Shown here: in pieces, positions 1-16,943 of the stretch
Layout of the letters: each line of letters opens with the position of its first letter
Numbering within the stretch: the first letter of the stretch is position 1
DNA from: Ramazzottius varieornatus
Taxonomy: Eukaryota; Animalia; Tardigrada
Reading direction: 5' to 3'
Assembly (NCBI GenBank): GCA_001949185.1
Contig: BDGG01000001.1
Span: forward strand, 1,715,923-1,779,922
Length of the DNA: 64,000 bases
Notes under the pieces: model-generated
What the model saw: the letters and a program-made list of their open reading frames with translations, nothing else
Told to the model about the DNA's origin: nothing
The model's database searches: none
Program-made: the position numbers and the translations under genes

Positions 1-440
1 AGCGCACGTTGTGGTACAGAACTCAAAATCGGTCTCGAGACAGCATGGACTGGAGCATTCAACGGGACTGTCAGCATGTTTGAAACAAATCTTGTGCGGT
101 CAAGAAAAAGTTTTCTGCAAAAGTGTTTTTCAAAATTGACAACTTCGTTTGGATGAACTTCAGAAGTCGTCAAGTTTCGATAACTCCAAACTCGGGAAGC
201 GGATCCAAAAGTCTGACGATAGTGCATTATGTTGCAAAAGGTTTGGGAGGAAAAACTTCACTGCAATGGTGAAGGACTATTTTTTAAAGTTGGTGTTGGA
301 AAAATAGTAACAAGTCATACTTCCGCACCTAATCCCAGGTAAATTCGAAATCTATTGCAGAAACAGTGACACCGTAAAGTAAAGACTGGAGAAAACTCTG
401 GTGATAGAATCATTTGGGCTGCCGAACTTCTTTCTCTTAC

Positions 441-2437
441 ATTATACAAATGTCCATGTCAAAAGACGATATAATACATGGTCGATGTCCACTGCAGTGC
501 GTCAAGACGTGTAATATCCCATCGACAAACTGGTTCTTATTCCAAAAGGGTAGCCTTAGCTCCTTGTAAGCTTCTCTAAACGACGAGGCAGCCGCCGGGT
601 TCAGTTCGCACTTTCCATCCACCAAATCCATCGGGTACTTGATCTCCACATTGAAGCCCACATCCGGATGTACTGCCGATAGCGTATACTCCAGCGTAGG
701 GAACGGCACATCGTGTCTCGTTTTAAGATACGTGTGCTGTCCATCCTTTTCCGATACATGGCACACAAGGTTACTTCTTAAAATTTCTACAGGCAGGTCT
801 TTCACAGCCATCTCCGTCAGATTTCCTTCCTTGTTCCGCATCAGTACTGTATGGTCGTGGTAGATGATTGGTATCATGTCCACGTCGAGCATGACGTCGA
901 ACTCGACAAAGTCCGCGCCAGCTTCGGCGGCTTTGTTGAAGGACTCGATGGAGTTTTCACGGACAACGTCGGTGATGGGGTTTGACCCACAACCGCGATG
1001 TCCCATGTGTAACACAGGTCCGTCGGGTTTGAAGTGATACTGCCATGGTCTGAACAAGGTCGACTTGGCGGCTTTCTGACTTCTCGGTAAAGCTTTGGCG
1101 ATAGTGTACCTAAACACAAAAATTTTCGCTGCCCGAAATCCGGATGGTAGCATAATTAATTAGAAGCAGTTGTTCTCTGAGGCGACGAAGTCAGCCTGGT
1201 TTGTAGGGAAGTTTTGCGACAGAAAATACGCGCTCTTTTTCTGTCATGTGTTCACTTCAGGGGTGTGGTATGTACAGTACCTTAGCGTTAAAGTTCCGCA
1301 GTCGGTGATTCGGAGAACTTGGTGTTTCGCAGGCACTCTAACAGGTACGGTGACTTTTCCATGGGAGCCTTTCAGCAACGCTCCACCGATCAAAGCGTAG
1401 GCGAAATACAAGGGTGGAATATCGTTCTCCGAATCCTTGCCAACTTCATAAAAATCCACTCTTACGTGGCATATCTCCAGCACATGCATATCACAGCGAA
1501 ATATCATTGGTTGGGAGTCGACCAACGGTCCATGCTTGCTTTGTCGGATAAACTCGTGAGAATGTCCTTCGCGGAAATACCTCGACACTTTGTACTCGGG
1601 GCGAGCGCGCAGGTTGTAGCGAACAGGCTCGGCATGTTCAAAGCGGACACGGAATTGCCGCTGGTGGTAGTTTTGGGCTTGCCATTCGACTCCTGCGGGA
1701 TCGAAGACGAAGGAGACGGAGGAGTGGTCGGTTAGGTAGCCAGGAACTTGAGAGATCTCCTCGTCGTCGATCACACCAAACAGGTCGGCCTTGTCGATCT
1801 CGGGGTCGCCGGTGGGCGGTGTGTAGGTGCGAGGACTGTGGTGAGCTTCCAATCTGCGTATGGTCAGGGCGTGACCATCAACAGTCGGGTGTCGTTGTCC
1901 GATAAAGTAATGGAATAGCAATTCGTTCGAGTTTTTCGTGGAGATTTTGGTTTCTCCATTCCAACTAAACCTGCGAAGCACAAACATTTTGCACGATATG
2001 TCAAAGGAGCCCAACTACACATCGGCGATGTAACATCCCTGAACCGATTACAGTATAGCCTATTGCAAAGCCAAATATCAGCTACTATTTCTCGGTTTGC
2101 AAACGTGGGTCTACTTGATAGCGAAGGATCAAATCGAATGAGTATCGCTGCAGGTATTCAAAAATGAAGTATTCCAATTTTTAAAGTCCTTCGGTCGGTT
2201 CTGCCAACTGGACAGGACGAAGCTACTGTACTGTGCAAACCCGGTGAGAGGATCGCGGTATGGTATCACAACTTCCGCGTTAGGTATAATATTCAATGGC
2301 AAGGCATGATCCGGATCCCAGTTTCCCAACTCCGGACAATTACCCGTCACAAAGACCATCAGATCCTCTTTGGTCGGCGCATTCACCCAAAAGCTCGCCA
2401 CAAACGGTCGCACTTGCACCGGCGGCTTCTGCGCCAT
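441..2437 (-). CDS. GPCPD1: Glycerophosphocholine phosphodiesterase (CBM20 + GDPD domains), multi-exon; 3' end runs off the left edge
   Basis: Exon 1 has a CBM20 motif (VFVTGNCPELGNWDP). A later exon has the GDPD catalytic motifs GHRGCG..ENSIESF..GADFVEFDV..IIYHD and GFNVEIKYP. GT-AG sites seen at 1970, 1280, 1109 and 441. Confidence 0.9.
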
Positions 2438-2720
2438 CGCGCACAAAATCCACCAATCTTCCTACAAGATCAACTTTTTTGTATTCCCAGAAACACTCCT
2501 ACTAGAAAACCAGAATCTTTCCCCATCAAACTCAACTCAGAAAGCATCCTTCCCCAATCCACTTTCAGCCATGGTAACACCCGAGACCTCAAGAAAAATC
2601 CCAGCAAACTCTCGTACACAAATCAGTAAAACAAATAACTCGCCCTTGTAAGAATTATCCAAAAACTATTTAGACTAAATTTCGTCAGAGCAGAGAACGC
2701 AAGAAAGAAAACGGAGGAAT

Positions 2721-5700
2721 CTACCGGTAATCTCGATATTCTTGCTTGAGTATCCACACACCCGGTCCTCGCCGCTTCTTCTCGAAATCACACACACCCT
2801 TCAGGATCGCTCTAAACAGGTTGGCTTCCTGCGCCGGCAGCTCCTTCTGAAACTTATTCACCAGCACTTCTGTCGTGGCTTGACCCGGTATCGTCGTGTC
2901 ATGGTTCAAGAACGCCACCAGTCGCTCAGCAATTGCCAGTTGTTCTGTTGAAGCAAACGACTCGCTCTCATCCGCCTCATTCAGCCCACTCTCTAACTGC
3001 GCAAAGTTGACATACGGTCTCTGCTGATCAGCCCTTCCGCCACCTTCTTCGTCGCTATCGGCGAACGAAGGTGCAGAGTGGTTACTGTTGCTCTCGACAC
3101 CGTCGTTCATGACGGCCACGTTGTGCCGAATGCGTGTCAGTAAGGAAGCTGCGCTCATGGGGACCTCATCGTTGCTGTCATCGTCTTCGTTGAAGGAAGT
3201 CTTTTCTTCCTTCTCGGCAGGTTCAGCGGAAGGCTTGACCGGAACGACTTTGATATCGCCTGAGTAGTTGGGAACACCGCTGGTGGCGGGATGGCATCGC
3301 TTCCGAGAAAGGCGGAGCATTCGCATGGCTTCTTGGGCGACCTTCTGAGCTTCTTCCTCCACGATTGCGTGGTCCTAGAAATTACCCAAAGGGTTCAAAA
3401 CAGATCAAGTTCCTAATAAATCATCTTTGGATTAACATACACAAATATTCGAAATGAAATTTCAGAACTGAACAACAGTAGTGGACGTCAGCAGATGAGT
3501 TTACGCAGATCATTTCCCGAGTGGCGCACGCCATTGGCCAACGCCAGTGGAAACGTGCGCCACTTGAATCATCGATCTGAGCGAGATCATATCGGAAATC
3601 ATATTTGAAGATTTACCCGCTGGGTTCCGTTCGCCACCTCTTCGTAGGGCACAGCAGAGTGTGCGGTGGTCTTCTTGAACAGCGTCTGCAAAACATAGTC
3701 TTCGTTCTTCTTGCGTTCTTCCTCGGTTTCGTCGGCCGGATTCTGGTAGGCTTCGGTCTTGGCCAAGCCAGTAATGACTGCGCCATCCACCATGTTTTTC
3801 CTTCGCTTCGTTTTCTTCCGGTCCTTCGAGGCTTCGGTCAACTGCGGGATTTCCGTGTTGAGGTTTCCCGCTTGCGATGTCGAAGCTTGTCCAATCTTTG
3901 AGCTGATGGCTTTGGCTAGCTGCTTCAACCGATCGCGAGCGGGGTCAGCTAGATAAGGGAGAGCTTCATGTTAGACATGACTTCCGGTTCCGGCTCTAAT
4001 ACTATATCACATATCACATGACATCACCAAACAGTAGTGTGACATGGCAACATACACACCATTACGGTTTCCAGACATCACATCCCAGTCTGACATGCTG
4101 ACCACTTTGTCACATTACATGACAGCCTCACCTGCAGCGGAAGCGGACGACGTTGCTGGCGGAGGTAAGTCCACAGCTGCTGCAGTTTCCGTTATCTCGT
4201 CTTTGCCCGGTGTGCTGAGCGTAAAGAGCTCGTACAGGTCGTTGTGTTTGAAAAACCTCTTCTGTTTGGGATCTTTCAGGACGCGGTTGGTCAAGTACTG
4301 CTTGAAGATTTGTCGATGGTAGATCTTCTCTTCAATGGTCCCCGCACACAGCAGCCTGTAGATCGTCACGTTCTTCTTCTGGCCGATACGCCAGGCCCGT
4401 TCTCTAGCCTGTGTGTCTGTTGACGGATTCCAGTCGGGATCTAACCAAACGAACACACAACTTAAATCAGGGAACAAGCTGATGAGGAAAGTCAATTCTT
4501 ACCGAAAATAATCACACGACTGGCTCCAGTCAGATTGACGCCTAGGCCACCGACGCGAGTTGTGAGAAGGAAGCAGAAGATGTCGGGGTCTTGGTTAAAG
4601 TCTCTGATGAGGCTCTGACGTCTGGCGATGGGCGTTTCACCGTCCATTCGAAGGAAGGTGTAGTCGTTGCTGTCTAGGAAGTCAGCCATGATATCGAGCA
4701 TCTACACAGAACAATATAAATACAGTGTTATTCTAAAGGAGAAGAACCAAGAAGGGGCTATACCTTTCGGCTTTGAGAGAATATCAGAGTCTTGTGGCTC
4801 TGCTTTTTCCACATCTTCAGCAAGGCTTCCACGACGACCATCTTTCCAGATCGTCGCCAATACCCAAACTTTGCTGCTTCCTCGTCGTCAATCAGCGGCT
4901 TCTTTGTCTTGACGTCGAGGAAGACCTTTGGTCCGCCGTCAAACAAGTCGGGATGGTTGCACAACTTCCTCAGCTGCATCAAGCCAACGAAAATCTACCA
5001 AGACAACTACAGTAATCATAAAACTTATTCTCCACAAACTCACAAGATGTATTGGTTCGCACCTGAACGTCGCCGTGGATGACATTCCGCAGTTCGTCCG
5101 ACTGGAGGTACTCTTGATACAGTTGTCTTTGATGGTCGGTCAGCTGGCAAAAGAGAACTTGTTCGTTCTTCTCCGGAAGTTGTATAGCTACTTTGACGTC
5201 GGCTTTGGATCGACGAAGAAGGTAGGGCGTGATGGTGTTCTTCAAGGCTGTGGCACACTTGTACGCCGTATGAACCTACAGCGAAACTGGTGGTAACCAA
5301 TGTCGTTTTACCCCACACAAAATTCCCAGTGAATGTAGATTCACTTACTTGAACGTCGGAAGCAGTCTCACGAGATCCTTGAATGATAGGAACACTGAAT
5401 TGTTCCAGAAAGACGTTGAGAAGGCCCAGCTTGCCAGGAAAGATAAAGTCCATCAGGGACCACAGCTCGCGCAGGTTGTTCTGCATCGGTGACCCAGAAC
5501 AGATGATGCGATGTGGTGTTCGAAACTACGCCAAGCAAAGACGCAAACATTGTTCCTATATTCTTGGACGACAGCTCGGCAAACAAACTCGATAAGAGCG
5601 TTTTCCCAAGTGGCGCACCGTTTGCAGCGGTACTGGCCCAACAGTGCGCCACTTGGAAAACCCATCTTCTCGAGTTTGTTGGGAGGTTTCCCATACGTCC

Positions 5701-7509
5701 TGTTCGGACAAAGGACTAACTTGTTTGCAGGCAACTGTAATCTGACTATCAGGATTGCGTATCTTGTGACCTTCATCCAGAACGACGTAGTGCCAGTCTT
5801 GCTTCAGCAATAGCACTTGGTATGAGAGGACTCCCTGATAAGTGGTCACTATCACTCCACTGCATTTCACCATGCTCTTCACCAGAGACATCTGCAAAAC
5901 GACCAGCGAAGTTGATAGAGACAATCATAAAAGACGTCAATATCAGACCTCTTGGAAAGACATACCTTTGAACCAGAATGAGAGCCGGAAGCATGAAGAA
6001 TGGCGACCCTCGCTGGCGGCCACCATTTGTGGAACTCGTTCACCCACTGATGAAGTACCGTAGCTGGACAGATGATCAGCACTGGTCCGAGGCCCTTCAT
6101 ACTACACAAGAATAAGTCTCTTTCAAACTGATATTCGCACCAAAGATTTGAGGGTTTTGTGGCGTACTTTACACTTCGATCGTAGAGTCTGGAGTACTGC
6201 AGAGCAGCTAGCAGAGCGATGATCTGGACAGTCTTACCCAAACCCATCTCATCACCGAGAATACCACCGACTTCCTGATTGTGCAACTCCCACAGCCACT
6301 TTACACCGGTTCGCTGGTAGGCATACAAGCCCGTCCATATCTCTCGCGGCATTTTCAACCCGCCTGAAAGCGTCAAGAATTCCTCCTCCTCCTCCACGTC
6401 GCCGCCATCCGCAGTATCTCTGGCGGCCTTCTCTTGATCCTTCTGCAGTCTCCCATTCTGATACTCCCTGTAACAGAAATCCCACAGGCTATGATATCAC
6501 GGCAAACGATAGCTGCAATTCTTGAAACGCGTTTATATTTCATTCTGTTTTCTTACCGTATTCGTTCGAGATAGACTGAAGAATCAGCGTCGTCTTTGAT
6601 CCGACTATTCTTGCGCGCCGCTCGTTTCCCTTCTGCCGCTTCGTCCGTCTCATCGTCCAAAACTTCTGTAAATACATAACGACATTGTCAGAATTCATAA
6701 TAACATAATTATTAGACTTCAAGTCTGACGTTCAATTTCACTTACCGCCATCAGAGACGTCTTCCGAGATTTCGTTCGATCTGCTCGACGAGGCGTCATC
6801 ATCATGCGACTTCTTCCTTCTTTTCCGATCCCGTGCTTGACCGGGTAGAAGCCCTCGGGAAGATTTGGTTGGAGCAGACCAGTCTCTGCTTTCTCCGTTG
6901 CGTTTTCCTGTTCGGGCTGTTGGCAAAAAGTTCCTATTCGACAGCGCATCTTCTTTCTTCTTCTTGATGCGTCGTTCCTGGTCGGCGAGATACCTTTCGA
7001 ACGCCGTCAGGTGTGGTGCGTTGCTTGTGGAAGGCGCAGATGAAGATTCGGAAGGCTTATCAGCCGGAGCTTCTTTACGAGGTACAACCGGAAACCGCGA
7101 CTTTGACTGAAGTGATCTAACATGGCAGAAAGAACAGTCACAGTCAATCAAGAATCAAACAACGGGAGAAAAGTGAGAACAAGAGCTTAATCAATCAACA
7201 ATCAAACGAGGTGCATATGTTATACCGTTTATGCTGTGCGACGCGATTGCTTTCTTCCATGCGCTGTTCCGCCTGTGCGACCACACCGGCTTCCAGATCT
7301 TCTTGGTTGAATACCTGAAGACCCAGGTCATCCAGAACACCGGCATCTTTGGATGCAGCTTGAGGAATAACCGAGACATCGACGCGGAATGGAGCAAGGA
7401 CAGGAATGTTTGCGGATTCCGTTGTGGATGCATCTTCGGTACACCGAGTTATTTCCTCATCGTTCACAGCTTTCTTCGCAAACAGTGGAGCTTCATCTGT
7501 CATCTCCAT
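2721..7509 (-). CDS. ERCC6: Cockayne syndrome B / Rad26 SNF2 helicase, multi-exon
   Basis: SNF2 motifs [48 protein letters not shown] and [13 protein letters not shown]. The C-terminal winged-helix/UBD ([33 protein letters not shown]) is typical of CSB. Confidence 0.93.
3506..3579. repeat. Intronic GGCGCAC palindrome family, copy in ERCC6 intron
   Basis: cagatc..AGTGGCGCAC(3520)-25 nt-GTGCGCCACT(3564)..gatctg, inside intron 3375-3616. Confidence 0.9.
5572..5692. repeat. Intronic GGCGCAC palindrome family, copy in ERCC6 intron
   Basis: Core 5609-5653 with 25-nt spacer; outer arms cagctcggcaaacaaactcg / cgagtttgttggg. Confidence 0.9.
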
Positions 7510-7805
7510 GGCCGCACAGCACCGATACGGAAAATTACTGGCAAGATATCGATATAATAGCGTGAAGAGCACAAAGACACACCTTATGATTGAAGAGAAG
7601 CGCAAAAATTCCCATTCGGTAAAACCATAACACTGAAAACCGTGCGCTATTCGGCCTATTCGGGTGCCCCTCAAACCCCCCATGCTCTGCAACAAGCTTG
7701 GTTGATTGGTGATCAGCCCGCTGCCCAGCAAATGTCAAACCTTATCGTCAATCAATCGAAGGTGGTGAAGTAAAGGGAGGTTTGAGGGGTATTAGCGAAT
7801 TCGCT

Positions 7806-8615
7806 TAGAGCTGTTAAAAACCAGACCAGACCACTTAGAAAGTGGTTTATATGGTTTACGTGGTTCGTGGTTTGACATCCAAAGCGAACCACCTCAAACC
7901 ATATGGCATCTCAAACCAAACCACTCAAACCGGTTTCGATCTCACGCCAAACCATATGAACCACTGGTTTATGTGGTTCACTATGGTTTGCGGTAAAGGG
8001 AAATTTCACACGAAATCTGCAGATTCTGTGCTAGAAGTCGGACCAAAACTGGCCGTCTGACAGTGCCAATCTTTTTCCCCCCACTGCCACCATGCGCAGG
8101 CGCATCGTTCTGAGTGCCACCTGACGCGCAGCTTTAACTGGGTGAGCACTGTGTCATAAGCTGCGCGACATCAGAACTACGCCTTCCGTCAGGTAAAAAT
8201 CGCAGTTCCGGCAGTGTTGGACAACAGTGCTGGTGGAAAAATGATTGCACTACCGGATGGCTGGCCATGGTGCTTTTTCAATTCCAGCACGCGCCAGTTT
8301 TGCCTGTTTGCGTCTGTTTGTAGAGAAACCAGCAACGGTCGCTCAACTTCTCATGTCCTCGGTGGTTGTTTTCGCTGATTAGTCAATTGAAGAAACTTGT
8401 GCCAGAATTTACTATGTAGTGGGGACCAAAAAGCTGTTCGCAAACCGGTTCAAACCGGTGGTTTATGTGGTTTCGTTTAAATGGTCTGGTTTGGAGTTTA
8501 GACCAGCCCACTTTTGGTGGTTTGCGGGAGAAACCATTTTCATTTAACCGGTTTGGCATGCAAACCACCACTTGAACCAAACTAAACCATATGGTTCAAC
8601 CCATTAACAGCTCTA
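7806..8615. mobile_element. Non-autonomous hAT-type DNA transposon (810 bp)
   Basis: 12-bp TIR TAGAGCTGTTAA / TTAACAGCTCTA. 8-bp TSD AATTCGCT (7798-7805) / AATTCGCC (8616-8623). Dense AAACC/GGTTT subterminal repeats at both ends. Confidence 0.85.
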
Positions 8616-9059
8616 AATTCGCCTGACTGTGTGACTGTCGAGATGGAAATGCCGCGCGCACTCTTCGAGACCCGGACCTCGAGACACGCCGCAAAGCGGA
8701 AACGGGCCTCTTCTTTTATATTCGTCCTTTAATCCACGAACTATGGTACCAATACTCCATTTTCACACTTTCTTTGTGCAGGAGAGAACGACACTAACCC
8801 TGGTCGGAGACGGAACAGTCTGCACTCTGCAGCGAACCGTTCTTCTTCATCGTTCACGAGAACTTGCGCGGAACAGTGTTCAGATCTGGAAAGAGGTCCT
8901 TGAAATAATTCATTGTGGTCTCCAACGATAGCGGAGCGAAATACGGAACACATATCATGAAAATTCTGTAGACTGTAGTAAAATCATAAAGATCACGAAA
9001 TACTGGAAGAATGAACATCGGCAATAAGAGGAATAAAAAGGAAGTAGGAGTTCTACCGT

Positions 9060-9896
9060 CTACGTAGCAGAAGCTATCATTGTCAGAGGCTCTTCTAGAT
9101 AAGTCGCTAGTGCTCTCATCTTCGCCATCAGCATTCCTAGACCGATGTCTCCTTTCGTGTACATGCAGAGGAGAAGGTTAGCTACTCGTCCCAGCGCTAC
9201 TTTTCCTTCCTGTAATGGAGACAAGTTAACACGATTTCACTGAGGAATTGAGGAAGACTGATTCCTACCATGCAGTCCAGAATTATGTACTGCAGTTTAT
9301 CATCATGGAAAGCAGTCTTGGCGCTCTTGTCATACAGGGACCATATATTACTGGCAATGGCACCTGTCACACGCGCATCTTTGTCTCCATATCCCGAATA
9401 GGCCAGCAAGACTCCTTCCTTATTCAGCAATCTGCAATAGCGAATAACAGCGAAACTTGACTTCCATGTCGTGATTGAAACATGGTCAGGACTTGCCAGT
9501 CTCCCACGGAGAAAGTCAGACATATCACATCCAGCCTCTGCTTCATTACATCCAATGGACTAATTTAGAGTGTGGATGTCTCATATGTCTGCTGGATTAG
9601 CGTTAATAGAGGACCAGATGGTGATGGCCGTAATCCATCAAGCATTCACTGCACACTGTGCCCTCATTCCGCCATCCCTTCCACTGCTTGAGCCCATCAG
9701 ACAAAATCGATTATCCCCATCCCTCCGTGCGTCCTCCTTTCTTCCAAAAAAGGATGTGGTGTGACTAGACTAGGAGCTTACACAAAAAGAGCTGTTCGGT
9801 AGAAAAGGGGAAAAAAACAGGGACTTACAGCGTGCTTTGGACACCTCCCGTGTTGGCTTGACTCAGGACTTGTGATAGTACTTTCGGCCGTAACAT
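9060..9896 (-). CDS. LAMTOR2: Ragulator complex protein LAMTOR2 (p14), 3 exons
   Basis: MLRPKVLSQVLSQANTGGVQSTL|LLNKEGVLLAYSGYGDKDARVTGAIASNIW..LDCM|EGKVA..ANLLLCMY..LATYLEEPL. Confidence 0.95.
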
Positions 9897-11235
9897 CTTA
9901 AAGCTGGTCCGTTAAGTAGCCTTCCGGCTTCAGCGATCCGGGGGAAGGATAGGAGTCTCTGAGAGTAGAAGCAACGAATGAAATCCAACCGGAAACGGAA
10001 GACAAATCGAATCAATTTTAGTACTGTACTATATTTCCAAGACTGTCCTCCTGCTAAGAGAGGAGTGGCCAGAATCGTGTGACGTCATCCAAAGCTCTCC
10101 TTGAATAGTGCATGCTTTACGATAGCTTGATCAGTTGATTCTTTATGGATCGCTCCGTGGCCCCACCTACGATTCATCTTTTAGCCAATGGGAAATTTGC
10201 CCATTTGACTACTATTTTTTTTGCTGATTTTGCCATTCATGAAAACGCTGCGAGCGTCTACAAACCTCTGCTTGCATTCTCCAGTCCTCCACTCAAACTT
10301 CTGCTTGTTTTCATATCGGGTTATTTCCTCCAGCTACAAGGATATCGGAGCTCCTGCCCGTCAACGAACAGCCGTAAACTCCGCTTCAGCTGTCTCTCTT
10401 CCTGAACTTGGAGGTCTTCAGTCGACTGGCCTACTTTACTACGCCGGCGGAAGTGAGGTGCGTTTCTGTAAACATACTCCCATTCTGAACGCTGATCTAT
10501 GTTTCATTTACAGATTTATCGCCGAGAGGGTTCTCCCAACATTGAAATAACTTTTTCAGCGGAAAGGAAGCACCCGAAGCGACGGCGGAATTTTTCGGAG
10601 GGGAGACGTCGAATTTGAGCTTATACACAGGTAAGACTTGGCTCGACATTAGCAAACGAGTTTTTCCGTTGAAGTGGATCTAAATATGAAATACTGAGTG
10701 TGGAAACGTGCTAGAGGCTCTCAAGAATTAGCACGTCCTTTGTTTGAGGAGAGACGAGTGACCCGGTTTTTTCAATGGATTTTCTCGAGAGATTGGCTTC
10801 TCGTCAACGACGGTGTGTGTTGAGCGTCGATTAATTACTTCACTTCGAAGAACGATTTTGTTTCTCCCAACTTGTTATTTTTCTTAAAGATTACGGAAGT
10901 AACTTGATGTCTGTTTTGATAGCGGTTTTCTTGAATTTCTCGGTTGGTAGCAGAGAAAACAAGTCTAAACACCGCGTGTTGCCTTTTGAAGACATCTGTT
11001 TACCATTACTGTATTCAGTATTTTCGTGATGGATGTGCCGCACTTCCTCTCCCTCTCTCTCGCGCACTCTCTCCTCGAGTCGATTAGTTGGATAGTTGAC
11101 CTCGGTCCACCACCAATTGTCTCTTTTCTTCCTTCCGTTATGCGTTAGCCGCCCACCGATCGATACTTTCCACAAATCTGTCCATCGCTGATCGTGTTAT
11201 CTTTTTACAGAGATTGAATTTCACTCCGCGCGACG

Positions 11236-15041
<3,806 letters not shown>

Positions 15042-15241
15042 AGAGTTTTTACAGACTGAGTCTGACTTTCGGTTCTCTTCCTTGAATTCAATGCTTTTAT
15101 CGATCTTTTTATTCACTTCTGTTTGGATTTTATCTTTGTGGTGTATTTTTTCTTGACGTGATAACATTGAAACTTGTACAGATAACAATTTTCAAGTTTG
15201 CGTTTCTCAATTCTAAATTTTTATCGTGGTGAGAAGTCGCA

Positions 15242-16229
15242 TCAAAAGTTATCCATTCGTCTGGCTTCTTTCTTCAGAGAATTGTCGCGCTTTTCTCGAA
15301 GTCTTTCCGCCGCAGCTTTTCTTTGCCTGTAAACAAGCTTATAAGACCGCGCTTCAGTGGCAGACAAAAAGAGGAAAGTTACTGTACCTGTAAGCGATGA
15401 TGGCTTCGTCTTCCGGTGTAACTTCCACTTCCGGGTGTTCGAGTTGCCGAATGATGTAACGGATCTTGTCCAAACAGTCGGCCATGTTATAGTCTCGGGA
15501 CCGCGTCTTGTCGGACTGTATGAAGAACTCGCCTTCCTTGGTTATCCTCGTATTGTGTTTCTCGCGAAGGAGGGGCTTCAAATGGTTTGGTATCCACTTT
15601 GCTTTCTCAATATCAAATCTGACGTCGACTTTTGTGTTCACTGTACAACAAAGCATCAATCAACCATATCCAATCAACAGAAACCATTACGGTTCGGCGT
15701 CCGCGGTACGGCGTGCCATAAAGCAAAAAAACCCAACCCAACCCAACATGACTGCGCATGACGTCAAAGATGAACTACCTTCACAATGGCGCACAAGTGC
15801 GATAATTATGACGTCGTTTTGCGAGTTCAAAAACAACATACCTTTATTCACATTCTGCCCTCCTGGTCCAGAACTTCTCGAGTAAGATACTTGGAGCTCC
15901 TCTGCAAGACCAAAACGCATGACCATGAGCTACCACAGCTAATTTTAAGCTGAGGGTGGCGAGAGACCTACCAACTGGGATATATCCGTGAAATGTCTCC
16001 GATTTCTCCGCTGCTTCTCTGTACTACACAACGAAACACAATTGTCGAAAAGCAGAGCAGAGTCGCCACAAAATCACGAAGGGCAAACCTGGTTATCCGC
16101 TCCAGTGTAGTCGAACTTGCTGTTGGGATATAACTTGTCAAGGCTGTAGATACTTTTGAAGCCACAACGACAATGATGATGCACTCGCGGAACTGAGGAT
16201 CGGAGTAATCTAGATATGACCGGAAGCAT
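15242..16229 (-). CDS. MRPL58: Peptidyl-tRNA hydrolase ICT1 / mitoribosomal protein mL62, multi-exon
   Basis: Mitochondrial-type N-terminus, FKSIYSLDKLYP, GGQ motif SYSRSSGPGGQNVNK, RITKEGEFFIQSDKTRSRDYNMADCLDKIR and a basic C-terminal tail. Confidence 0.92.
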
Positions 16230-16943
16230 GGTCCACCGATGTTTGCTCGTCCAAGAAGCTTTCTCCGAAACACTTGTCCACGACCGCAATCTGACGCGAG
16301 TGAAGAGATTTCAGCTGACAAGATGAAAGCAGGTTAACTCCTCGCGGAACAAAGTATCTGAAAAGTGCGAAAGGAAAATATACGTCGGGCTGTAAAACTT
16401 GGTGAGCCGTAAGGCGCAAGATGATGATCGACGTACTACAAACAGCTGAGTGCATGCTCAACGGGCTCAACGAGCGAGTTCCACAAAGTTCTGCGGTCTG
16501 GGTCCACGAGTTTGCTGCCCAACGCGCCCTGTCGTACAGGGTTTGGCTCCTAGGAAATGCAGCAAGATGAAAAATTGGCCGAGCTTTATTCTTGAAGTGA
16601 AATTTGCAGACCTTAAGAACATTTGTGCGATACAAATCGTCGTCTACGGCCAAAACGTAAGAGAGCAGAGTTGAACATTCTGCCGCTCGCGGAAATCGTA
16701 AAGACAAAAACCTTCGGCGAAAAAGCAGAAAGAAGAGCACACCGTAAATACGCCTGTGAAACGCGTGTACAAGCTCAAAAACATTTCTAACAACAGAAGC
16801 TCTTCAGGGAATCTTCCAGAATTTTCTGTAGCCCGTCAAGATCCGTGGAAGCAATCAGAATCAACCTGCATGCCTAAAACTAAAACCCAAACGAAAAGAG
16901 TTGTTGGATTGGGAAAAAAACGGGAACAGATGTATTGATAACG

